A stretch of DNA of 64,000 nucleotides from assembly GCA_038321865.1 (NCBI GenBank), contig JBBQFH010000001.1:128001-192000 (forward strand), read 5' to 3'. The notes below the pieces were generated by a model. The model saw nothing but the letters and a program-made list of their open reading frames with translations. It made no database searches and had not been told where the DNA came from. Each line of letters begins with the position of its first letter. Position 1 is the stretch's first letter. Made by a program: the position numbers and the translations under genes. This DNA comes from Gemmatimonadales bacterium (GTDB lineage Bacteria > Gemmatimonadota > Gemmatimonadetes > Gemmatimonadales > GWC2-71-9). Below are positions 1 to 8,683 of this stretch, piece by piece.

Positions 1-39
1 GCGCGCTGCGTGCGCCGGCGGTGGCGGCATGAGCGTGTG

Positions 40-1482
40 ATGGGACTCCCACTTCGGCTGGCGGCACTCACCGCGTGCCTGGCCCTGCTGCTCATCGTCG
101 GCGCGACCGAAGTCGCGCTTTCGTGGTCGGAGCGGAGCCGCCAGGACGACCTGCGTCAGGAGGCGGTCGCGCTGGCTGACGCGCTGGCCGCATATCTCGG
201 GCGCGCGGCACCCACCGGCGATCCAGCCGCAGTCGCGGAAGGACTCCGCGACTGGGAGGGCAACCGTCAGACGCAGACGAGGGCGTGGGCAACGCTCGGG
301 ACGTCCACTGCACCGCGGCAGGTGCGCGCGGGCACTGGCCCGGTCCCGCCCACGCCGGATCTGGCCGACTCCGCCGCGCTCAGCCGGGGCATGATGGAGG
401 TGCATTACCACGACGGACCCGATCCCGGCTGGCACGTCGCCGTGCCGTTCGGAACGTCGCGCGCCCCCGCCGTAGCCGACGTCCGCCTCTCCACGCGGCG
501 GCTCAGTGAATGGGCACGCCTCGAGCGTCAGCGTGCCTACTTCGTGGCCATCGTCGCCGCGCTCCTGGTCGCGGTCGGCGTCGCCCTGATCTCGGCACGA
601 TGGGTCGGACGGCCGCTCATGGCGCTTGGGGGTGCCATGGCAGAAGCCCACGGTGGCGCGCGGGGCGCTCCGGCGGCTCCGGAACTTGGGCCGGCAGAGT
701 TCCGCACTTTGGCCCGTCGCTACAACGAGCTCCGGCAGGCGCTCGCCGCACGCGAGCGCGAGAGCGCGGCGCGAGCGGCTCTGCTCTCACTTGAGGATCA
801 TGCCCGGAGCCTGGAGCGGCTTGCGCTGGTCAAGCAGACCGCCGCCGGGCTGGCCCACGAGATCGGGACGCCACTCAACACCGTCAACGGCCACCTGCAG
901 CTGCTGCGCGACGACCTCGTCGCGGCGCGCCAGACCGAGCCGGCCGAACGGGTGCGCATGCTGCTCACGCAGGTTGAACGGGTCGCGGGCATCGTACGAG
1001 CGGGGCTGGAGCGGGGCACCTGGCCCACCCCGGCGGTGCAGCCGACCGACCTCGACGACGTGTCGGCACGCATGCTCCGGTTCCTGGAGCCGGCGTTCAC
1101 CGATGCCGGCGTCGTCGCCGTCCGGGCGCGGAGCTCGGCCGGGGATGCGCCGGCCCGGTCCCTCTGCGACCCGCAGCTGGTGGAGCAGATCCTGCTGAAC
1201 CTGCTCAAGAATGCCATCGAGGCCCTCGCGCCAGGGCAGCATGTCACCGTGACGACGGGCGGGGGTGAGCGCGTGGCCTTTCTCGAGGTGACGGATGACG
1301 GCCCCGGGCTGGCCGACGATGCGCGGCGGCGCCTGTTCCAGCCGTTCTCCACGACCAAGGGCGAGTCGGGAACGGGGCTTGGACTGTCGGTCAGCCGCCA
1401 GCTGGCGCGCGCGCTGGGCGGCGACCTCGAGCATGTGCCTTCCACGCAAGGCACACGGTGGCGTCTCACCCTTCCGGCCTGA
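40..1482 (+). CDS. Membrane sensor histidine kinase (2 TM, HAMP-like linker, HisKA, HATPase_c)
   Basis: H-box AHEIGTPLN, N-box QILLNLLKNAIEA, G1 DDGPG, F-box LFQPFSTTK, G2 GTGLGL; ATG at 40 chosen over GTG at 10. Confidence 0.9.
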   Translation: MGLPLRLAALTACLALLLIVGATEVALSWSERSRQDDLRQEAVALADALAAYLGRAAPTGDPAAVAEGLRDWEGNRQTQTRAWATLGTSTAPRQVRAGTGPVPPTPDLADSAALSRGMMEVHYHDGPDPGWHVAVPFGTSRAPAVADVRLSTRRLSEWARLERQRAYFVAIVAALLVAVGVALISARWVGRPLMALGGAMAEAHGGARGAPAAPELGPAEFRTLARRYNELRQALAARERESAARAALLSLEDHARSLERLALVKQTAAGLAHEIGTPLNTVNGHLQLLRDDLVAARQTEPAERVRMLLTQVERVAGIVRAGLERGTWPTPAVQPTDLDDVSARMLRFLEPAFTDAGVVAVRARSSAGDAPARSLCDPQLVEQILLNLLKNAIEALAPGQHVTVTTGGGERVAFLEVTDDGPGLADDARRRLFQPFSTTKGESGTGLGLSVSRQLARALGGDLEHVPSTQGTRWRLTLPA

Positions 1483-2900
1483 TGAAACAGGACAACCGAA
1501 CTCGCGGGCGGTTGTTGCTGGTGGACGACGACGAGGCCGCATGCCGGCTGCTCGCCGAGATCCTCGAGCGCGAGGCGTACGACGTGGTGACCGCGCTGTC
1601 GGTCGACGAAGCGTTGCGCCGCCTTGGCCAGCCCGGCGCATTCGACGCGGTGCTCACCGATCTCCGGATGCCGGAGCGCAGCGGCCTCGACCTGCTCCGG
1701 ATGGTGCGGGAGCGCCAGCCGGACGCCGTCGTGATCGTCCTGACCGCGTTCGGCGACGCGGCGACCGCCGGCGAAGCGATTCGCGCCGGCGCCTACGATT
1801 TCGTCAGCAAGCCGTATGATATCGCGGCACTGCGGGAGACGCTGGCACGCGCTCTTGACCGGCGCCACCAGGCGTCCGTGCGACGGGATCGCGCCGCGGC
1901 GCCCCGGCCGGATGCCTCCGAGGGCGAACGGATCCCGCTGGTGGGCCACAGCCCCGCCATCATCGACGTGATGAAGACGCTGGCCCGTGCGGCGTCGTCT
2001 CAGGCCACGGTGCTGGTGTTCGGTGAGACCGGGACGGGGAAGGAATTGATCGCGCGAACGCTGCATCAGTACAGCGAGCGCCGCGACCGCCGCTTCGTCG
2101 CGGTCAATTGCTCGGCCCTGGCGGAGGGGCTCCTCGAGAGTGAGCTGTTTGGTCATGTGCGCGGCGCTTTCACGGGCGCGGCCGGTGCGCGCACAGGTCT
2201 GTTCCGCGAGGCCGACCACGGTACCCTGTTCCTCGACGAGATCGGCGACATTTCGCCGGCGCTGCAGGCTCGCCTGCTCCGGGCGCTGCAGGAGCACGAA
2301 ATCGTGCCGGTCGGCTCGGAGACTCCGATCCCCGTCGACGTGCGCATCATCGCGGCCACCCATCGTGACATCGCCGCGTTGGTGCGCGAAGGTCGGTTCC
2401 GCGAGGACCTCTACTACCGCCTCAAGGTCGTCACGCTCGCCCTCCCCCCGCTGCGGGAACGCACGCAGGATATTCCGCTGCTGATCGACCACTTTCTCCG
2501 CACGCTTGGCGCCCGGCACGGCCGCGAACTCGTGGCGGTCGATGCCGAAGCGCAGCATATGCTGCTCGCGTACTCGTGGCCCGGAAACGTGCGCGAGCTG
2601 CAGAACGTCCTGGAGCGCGCCCTAGTCCTGGTGGAGCAGGACGTCGTCGGGCCGGAGCATCTTCCGCCCGAGGTACGCGACGCGCTCGGCGCGGCGGTGC
2701 CTGTGTCCTCGGCATCGTCGGGGTACGACGGACCGTCAGGGGAGTTTCTGCCGATGCCCGAGATCGAGCGCCTGCACGTGCTTCGCGCGCTCGAGCGAAC
2801 CGGCGGTAACCGGGAAGCGGCGGCACGGCTGCTGGGCATTTCACGTCGGACCCTGACGAGAATGATCCAGCGGTGGGGGCTCCCGAGGCGCCGGGTCTGA
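1482..2900 (+). CDS. Sigma-54-dependent response regulator (NtrC/AtoC family: REC-AAA+-Fis HTH)
   Basis: VDDD and TDLRMP receiver motifs, GETGTGKE Walker A, ESELFGH, GAFTGA, LFLDEIGD, WPGNVREL, C-terminal HTH; TGATG overlap with HK stop. Confidence 0.93.
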   Translation: MKQDNRTRGRLLLVDDDEAACRLLAEILEREAYDVVTALSVDEALRRLGQPGAFDAVLTDLRMPERSGLDLLRMVRERQPDAVVIVLTAFGDAATAGEAIRAGAYDFVSKPYDIAALRETLARALDRRHQASVRRDRAAAPRPDASEGERIPLVGHSPAIIDVMKTLARAASSQATVLVFGETGTGKELIARTLHQYSERRDRRFVAVNCSALAEGLLESELFGHVRGAFTGAAGARTGLFREADHGTLFLDEIGDISPALQARLLRALQEHEIVPVGSETPIPVDVRIIAATHRDIAALVREGRFREDLYYRLKVVTLALPPLRERTQDIPLLIDHFLRTLGARHGRELVAVDAEAQHMLLAYSWPGNVRELQNVLERALVLVEQDVVGPEHLPPEVRDALGAAVPVSSASSGYDGPSGEFLPMPEIERLHVLRALERTGGNREAAARLLGISRRTLTRMIQRWGLPRRRV

Positions 2901-2915
2901 CGCCGCTGCTTCGGG

Positions 2916-4541
2916 CTAGCGCCGGCGGAACCGGAGCGGATTCTGAAAGAGGTGGCTCGGGAGGATGAAGATGACGAGAAACATGCCGAAGGCGAGGCAA
3001 AGGCCGCCGATGAGCACACCGAGGCGGCGCGTGCCAAGGTAGACGACGCTGGTGACCAGCGCGATGGTGAGCGCGAACAGGCCGAGCAGCGCGCGCCGGA
3101 CCTGCTGGGCGAGGAACCGCTGCAGCTCGAGCGTATCACGCGGATGCCACTTTACCCGGAGCTCATCGCGCTCGACCCGCTGCACCAGATCGCGCAGCGT
3201 GCGCAGTGCACCAGCCGCTTCGAGACCCCAATCCAGCAGCTTCCCCGCCCCGTCGCCATCGCCGAGGCCGCTGATGAGCCGCGCAGCGGCGCGCTCCACC
3301 ACGGGGCGCGCAGCCGCGATGGCGTTGAAATTCGGGTCGTAGCGAAGCCCGATCCCCTCGACCAGGACCGCCGCGCGGCCGAAGTACACGAAATCCGACG
3401 GAAGCATGAGGGGCCAGTCGTAGAACGTGCGGAGGATCTGCTCCACGAGATGCTGCACCTGGCGCGGAGAGAGATCGTCCTGGAGCGAAATCGCCATGAG
3501 ATGGCGCGCGGCGTCCCGCACCGTGCTGCGATCGACGTCCGGGTCGAGGATCCCCAGCTCGTAGAATCCGTTGATCACGCCGTCCACGTCCCGCCGGACG
3601 GCCGCGAGCACCGTACGCACCAGGCGGGCCTGCGTTTCCCGCTCGACGCGCAGCACCATGCCGAAGTCCAGCAGCACCAGTCGGCCGGCCGGGTCCACCA
3701 GCAGGTTGCCCGGGTGGGGGTCCGCGTGGAAGACCCCGTCCTCGAGCATCATCTTGATGTACGCGTCGATGATCGTATGCAGCAGCGGGGGCAGTGTCAG
3801 CTCACCGGACGCGAGGCGGTCGTGCAGGCGGTCGATGCGGGTGCCCTCGATGTATTCGAGCACCAGCACCCGGCGGTGCGTCAGCTCGCTCACGACCGAC
3901 GGGATGACGACGCGCGGCTCGGCCGCGAAGTTGCGGCGCAGCGCTTCGGCATTGCGCGCCTCTTCGCGGAAATCGAGCTCGCCCCAGATCCGCTTCGCGA
4001 ACTCGCTGACGATGGCGGACAACGCCCGAACGTGATGATTGGGAAACAGTACGTTCAGGATGAACAGCAGCCGGAACGACACGGCGAGATCCTGCTGCAC
4101 CAGCTCCTCGACACCGGGTCGCAACACCTTCACGACCACTTCCCGTCCCCCGTACGACGCCCGGTGGACCTGACCCAGCGAGGCGGCCGCCAGCGGCTCG
4201 CTGTCGAACCGGTCGAACACCTCGGCGATATCGCGCCCGAGCTCCTGACGGAGCACCGTCTCGGCCACGCCGGAGGCGAGCGGCGGGACTCGATCACTGA
4301 GCGTTCCGATGGCGGTGAGGTAGGGTTCCGGCAGAATGTCGGCGCGGGCGCCGAGGACCTGCGCCAGCTTGATGTACGTGGGGCCCAGGTCGGCGAGGGC
4401 GCGCGTCAGCCGTTCGGCTCGGCGGCGGTGATGCGCATCCGACCGCCGCGCGCCCCGGCCGAACAGGATGAAGCGGCGCCGGTCGCGCACAAACGCGACG
4501 ACGAACGGGAACAGACGCATCAGCACGACCAGGGCGCGCAT
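2916..4541 (-). CDS. ABC1/UbiB/AarF family atypical protein kinase
   Basis: LGPTYIKLAQ, PLAAASLGQVH, VVKV, FHADPHPGN, LLDFGM; start MRALVV at 4541 overlaps mgtE stop. Confidence 0.88.
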   Translation of the reverse strand: MRALVVLMRLFPFVVAFVRDRRRFILFGRGARRSDAHHRRRAERLTRALADLGPTYIKLAQVLGARADILPEPYLTAIGTLSDRVPPLASGVAETVLRQELGRDIAEVFDRFDSEPLAAASLGQVHRASYGGREVVVKVLRPGVEELVQQDLAVSFRLLFILNVLFPNHHVRALSAIVSEFAKRIWGELDFREEARNAEALRRNFAAEPRVVIPSVVSELTHRRVLVLEYIEGTRIDRLHDRLASGELTLPPLLHTIIDAYIKMMLEDGVFHADPHPGNLLVDPAGRLVLLDFGMVLRVERETQARLVRTVLAAVRRDVDGVINGFYELGILDPDVDRSTVRDAARHLMAISLQDDLSPRQVQHLVEQILRTFYDWPLMLPSDFVYFGRAAVLVEGIGLRYDPNFNAIAAARPVVERAAARLISGLGDGDGAGKLLDWGLEAAGALRTLRDLVQRVERDELRVKWHPRDTLELQRFLAQQVRRALLGLFALTIALVTSVVYLGTRRLGVLIGGLCLAFGMFLVIFILPSHLFQNPLRFRRR

Positions 4542-5884
4542 CAGGGCAGGAGCAGCAGGCGGGCCAGCAGCAGGACGAGGCCGAATCCAAAGACGTCGGT
4601 GAACGTCGTCACGAAGATGGATGACGCGATCGCGGGGTCCACCTTCAGGCGGTGAAGCAGCAGCGGGATCAGCGCACCCGAGGCGCCCGCCACGATCAGA
4701 TTGCCGACCATCGCGAGTCCCACGACGAGACCGAGGATGGCGGTGCCCGCGTGGGTGAAGACGGCCACCGCGGCGACGACGGCGCCGTTGGCGACCCCAT
4801 TGATGGCGCCGACCAGGAGCTCGTTCAGGATGATCCGCTTCGCGTCGCCCGGCGCGATGAGGCCAAGCGCGAGCCGCCGCACGGTGACGGCCAGCGCCTG
4901 CGTTCCCGCGTTGCCGCCCATGCCGGCGATCACGCCGAGCCAGGCCGCGATCAGCGGCAGCTGACGCACCACGTCCTGCTGGGCATCGATCACGCCCTTC
5001 GCGACAAACGCCGTCATCAGATTGATCAGCAGCCACGGCAGCCGGCTCCGGACCGCCGGAAGCCAGTGGGCGCTGAGCTCTTCGGCGCCGCTCACGCCAC
5101 CGAACTTGAGCAGGTCCTCGGTCGCCTCCGCTTCGGCGACGTCGGTCACGTCGTCGAAGGTGACGCGGCCAATCAGGCGCCCGGACGGCTCGACCACCGG
5201 AATGCTGGCGAGGTTGTATTTGGCCATGAGGCGCGCCACCTCCTCCTGGTCGACGTCCGGAGAAACCCGGATATCCGCCTCCTCCAGAAACTCGCGGATG
5301 GAACGGGCGGGCGCGCTGGTCACGAGACCCTTGAGCGGGAGGGTGCCGACCAGCCGATCCGCCTCATCCACCACGAAAATCTGATAGAAGTCCTCGACCT
5401 CCTCGCTTTGCCGCCGGATCTCCTCCAGCGCCTCGCCGACCGAATCGGTATCGAGCACCTTCACCAGGTGCGTCGTCATCCTCCCGCCGGCCGTCTCCTC
5501 GTCGTAGCGGAGCAGCCGGTCGACCTCGGCCCGGTCCTGCAACTCCGAAAGAATGTATTCCTGGGTCCGCGGGTCGAGCTCGCCGATCAGGTCGGCCGCG
5601 TCATCGTCCTCCAGCTCGTCGACGATGCCGGCCGCCTGCCCCGGATCGAGTGCCGCGAGCGTGTCCTCGGCATGCTCCGCATCGGGCATTTCCACGAGGG
5701 CCTGGCCCGACAGCTCGGGCGGGAGAAACTGGACGACGCGAACCCGCTCGTCGTCGTCGAGCACGGCGAGCACATCGGCCAGATCGGCCGGCTCCAGGTC
5801 GTACGCGCGCTGGATGAACGCTTCGATGCCACCGGAGCGTACCAGCTCGACCATGGAATTGACGTCGAACGGCGGCGCGCTCAC
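4541..5884 (-). CDS. mgtE: Magnesium transporter MgtE
   Basis: Acidic N domain, YDEETAGGRMT, CBS pair, RLPWLLINL, GMGGNAGTQ, DPAIASSIFVTTFTDVFG. Confidence 0.93.
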   Translation of the reverse strand: MSAPPFDVNSMVELVRSGGIEAFIQRAYDLEPADLADVLAVLDDDERVRVVQFLPPELSGQALVEMPDAEHAEDTLAALDPGQAAGIVDELEDDDAADLIGELDPRTQEYILSELQDRAEVDRLLRYDEETAGGRMTTHLVKVLDTDSVGEALEEIRRQSEEVEDFYQIFVVDEADRLVGTLPLKGLVTSAPARSIREFLEEADIRVSPDVDQEEVARLMAKYNLASIPVVEPSGRLIGRVTFDDVTDVAEAEATEDLLKFGGVSGAEELSAHWLPAVRSRLPWLLINLMTAFVAKGVIDAQQDVVRQLPLIAAWLGVIAGMGGNAGTQALAVTVRRLALGLIAPGDAKRIILNELLVGAINGVANGAVVAAVAVFTHAGTAILGLVVGLAMVGNLIVAGASGALIPLLLHRLKVDPAIASSIFVTTFTDVFGFGLVLLLARLLLLP

Positions 5885-7074
5885 GAGACGGCGTCGCCCA
5901 GCGTGTGCGTCGTGGTGGCGGCGCGTCGAACCAGCAGCCGCTCCACCCGTACTGGCGACGCCTGGAGCACGTCTACCTCAAGCGAGCCCAACTGGAACCG
6001 CTCCCCGGCCGAGGGGATCCGCCCGGCCAGCTCGGCGACCAACCCCGCGAGCGTCGTGGCGCGGCGCCGGGGCAGCCGGACGTCGAGACCTGTTTCCACC
6101 TCCTCGATGCTGGTCATGCTGTCCGCCTCGATGAGGGTGACGCGAGCGGACGAGTCGGCCGGCAGCTTTCCGTCGTGCTCGTCGAAAATCTCGCCGACGA
6201 GCTCTTCGAGGAGATCCTCCAGCGTCGCGATCCCCAGCGTGCCACCGAATTCATCAATGACGACCGCGAGGTGCCGGCGCTCACGCTGCATGTCCAGGAG
6301 CAGGTCCCCGCAGCTCCGCGTGGCGGGGGCGATCGTGATCGGCCGCACCGGGAGCGGCTGCCCGGGGCGCAGCTTGAACAGGTCGAAGGCATGCAGCATC
6401 CCGACAATTTCGTCGAGCGTTCCGCGGTAGATCGGGATCCGGCTGTACCCGCTCTCTGCGAACACCACGGAAATGTCAGCCAGCGATGCGCCCTCTTCGA
6501 CGGCCACAATATCGGTGCGGGGCGTCATGACCTCACGTACCTGACGCTGCGTGAAGGTCATGACCCCGCCGATCATCTGGAACTCCTCGTCGGAACCGAG
6601 CCCGCCGGCCGCGCCCTCGCGCCAGATCGACCGAAGATCATGCGGGCGTCCTCGCGGCCGGGCAGGCAATACCAGACCAAGAAGTGTCGACCACGGTCGG
6701 ATCACCGGCAGGACGCGATTGGCGACCTGCTCGGCTCGCGGCCGCGTCAGCCAGCGCGGAATGAGATAGCCCGTGATCAGCGCGAACGCGACCGTGACGA
6801 CCGCGAGCATGGCGGTCGAACGCAGGAGGGCTGACGCGCCGACAATGCCGGGCAGCGACGCGCCAACCAGCAGGATGCCCAGTGATGTGGTCGCGGAGGC
6901 GCAGGTGAGGTATTGGTCGGCGTCCGCGAGCCAGCCGAGCGACGGCCCGGCGCCGCGCAGGCGGCGGGACACGACTCGGGTGAGCTCGCGGCGGCTCACC
7001 GTCATCAAGGCAGCACCCGCGGTCGCCCCGAAGCCCGTCAGCAGCAGGCCGACGCCAAAGACGAGCCAGGTCAT
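5881..7074 (-). CDS. Hemolysin/CNNM (HlyC/CorC family) CBS-domain membrane protein
   Basis: N-terminal TM region, VREVMTPRTDI, GYSRIPIY, VVIDEFGGTLGIATLEDLLEELVGEI, CorC_HlyC C-terminus. Confidence 0.87.
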   Translation of the reverse strand: MTWLVFGVGLLLTGFGATAGAALMTVSRRELTRVVSRRLRGAGPSLGWLADADQYLTCASATTSLGILLVGASLPGIVGASALLRSTAMLAVVTVAFALITGYLIPRWLTRPRAEQVANRVLPVIRPWSTLLGLVLPARPRGRPHDLRSIWREGAAGGLGSDEEFQMIGGVMTFTQRQVREVMTPRTDIVAVEEGASLADISVVFAESGYSRIPIYRGTLDEIVGMLHAFDLFKLRPGQPLPVRPITIAPATRSCGDLLLDMQRERRHLAVVIDEFGGTLGIATLEDLLEELVGEIFDEHDGKLPADSSARVTLIEADSMTSIEEVETGLDVRLPRRRATTLAGLVAELAGRIPSAGERFQLGSLEVDVLQASPVRVERLLVRRAATTTHTLGDAVS

Positions 7075-8270
7075 GAGCCCCCCGCGCCGTGCGCGCCCAC
7101 GCCCGCAGCCGCCGCGGCGTGCCGCACACCGACGCGGCGCACGCGTCGGCGCACAATCTGCTCGACCGTCAGCTCGTACCCCTGAAGCAGGAGCCGCTCG
7201 CCGGCGCGCGGCACCCGGCCGAACTCGGCGAGGACCAGGCCGCCCACCGTGCTGACGTCCTCGCGGCCAAAGTCGTGTCCCAGGGTGGCCTCGAGCTCAG
7301 ACAGCGTGGCCCCGCCCTGCACCCGCCACCCCTCGGGACCCAACGCCTGGATGGCGGCAACCTCATCGGTATCGTATTCATCCTGAATCTCGCCGACGAC
7401 CTGCTCGAGAATGTCCTCGAGGGTGATCAGGCCCGCGGTGCCACCGAACTCATCGACGACGATTGCCAGGTGGCCGGCGGTCCGCTGGAAATCACGAAGC
7501 TGGCGGTCAAGCCGCTTGGCCTCGGGAACGTAGGCGGCCGGTCGGACGAGGGACTGCCAGGGGCGCACGTCTGCCACCGCGCCGGGTGTCGGCAGCATGT
7601 CCTTGGCGTACAGCACCCCGGCCACGATGTCGGGGCCGCCATCGTACACGGGAAGGCGGGCATGTTCGGAGGCGCTCAGGACTGCCACGACCTCCGCGCG
7701 CGTCGCGGACAGCTCGACTGAGACGACGTCGATCCTCGGTGTCATGACCTCGGCCACGGTCATGTCCGCCAGCGAGAACACGCCGAGCAGCATGTCACGC
7801 TCCGTCGCGCCGCCGTCGCGGCGATCCGATTCCGGGGCGCCGCGACGGCCGTGCGCGTCGACCCACGCCACAATGCGCAGCAGCGGGCCGAACGGTGCGA
7901 GCGTGGGTGCCGCCGCCTTGCGGGCCGGTACCGCGAGGTCGGGCGCCAGCGCGCCAAGGAGACGAGGCAGCAAATCGCCGACCGCCCAGACGAGGCACGA
8001 CGCGATGAGCAGCCGCGTCAGCCCCGCAGCCGGCGACCGGGCCCACCAGGCGACCGCGATCCCCGCGGCGACTCCCGCCAGCGCGAGCAGCGCCAGGTGC
8101 GCAACGTGCAGGCGCCGGGCAAGCGAAAGCTCGCCGCGCTCCTCGCGGAGCTGCCCGGCGAGCATTCGGGGGAGGTCGGTATCGGCCTCTGCCGCGAAGG
8201 CGAGCCAGGCGGCCCAGAGCGTCAATCCCGCCATTAGGATCGGCGCGACGTACTGATGCAGCGCGCTCAA
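7071..8270 (-). CDS. Hemolysin/CNNM (HlyC/CorC family) CBS-domain membrane protein, paralog of neighbour
   Basis: VAEVMTPRIDV, HARLPVY, IVVDEFGGTAGLITLEDILEQVVGEIQDEYD; TTG start overlapping ybeY stop (alternative ATG 8234). Confidence 0.85.
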   Translation of the reverse strand: MSALHQYVAPILMAGLTLWAAWLAFAAEADTDLPRMLAGQLREERGELSLARRLHVAHLALLALAGVAAGIAVAWWARSPAAGLTRLLIASCLVWAVGDLLPRLLGALAPDLAVPARKAAAPTLAPFGPLLRIVAWVDAHGRRGAPESDRRDGGATERDMLLGVFSLADMTVAEVMTPRIDVVSVELSATRAEVVAVLSASEHARLPVYDGGPDIVAGVLYAKDMLPTPGAVADVRPWQSLVRPAAYVPEAKRLDRQLRDFQRTAGHLAIVVDEFGGTAGLITLEDILEQVVGEIQDEYDTDEVAAIQALGPEGWRVQGGATLSELEATLGHDFGREDVSTVGGLVLAEFGRVPRAGERLLLQGYELTVEQIVRRRVRRVGVRHAAAAAGVGAHGAGGS

Positions 8271-8683
8271 CTGAAGCGCTCCACGTAACGCTCCTGCCGC
8301 CGCCACATGCCGGAGCGCGCGCGCGCCGCACCCTCCCCGTGGTCGTAGCCCAGCACATGCAGCACGCCATGCACCACCAGGCGTATCAACTCCTGGCGCA
8401 CCGGCACGTCGTGGTCGCGTGCCTGCCGCTCGGCGACCCAGGGGCACACGTAGACGTCGCCGATGACCGACTTCGCCGCGCCCGCGAGCGTAAAGGCGAT
8501 TACGTCGGTCGGCTCGTCGCGGCCCTTGTACTGCCGGTTGAGGCGGCGCATCCCGTCGCGGCCCACGAAGGTCACCGACACGGCCGTATCGCTGCGCTCG
8601 GCGGCCAGCACTCCGCGCACGACGCGGCGCACCGTCACCGCCGGGAGCGCCAGGCGGCGTCCGCCGACCGAAACCTCAGGCAC
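8267..8683 (-). CDS. ybeY: rRNA maturation endoribonuclease YbeY
   Basis: LNRQYKGRDEPTDVIAF, GDVYV, HGVLHVLGYDH; GTG start approximate. Confidence 0.92.
   Translation of the reverse strand: MPEVSVGGRRLALPAVTVRRVVRGVLAAERSDTAVSVTFVGRDGMRRLNRQYKGRDEPTDVIAFTLAGAAKSVIGDVYVCPWVAERQARDHDVPVRQELIRLVVHGVLHVLGYDHGEGAARARSGMWRRQERYVERFS

Noticed and set aside
4542..5036. Apparent N-terminal extension of the UbiB ORF (likewise upstream extensions of the glycerate kinase, panD, ppdK, folC, proS and HEAT ORFs)
   Set aside because: The extensions lie inside neighbouring genes; real starts fit stop/start overlaps or the onset of family motifs, so these are not fusions
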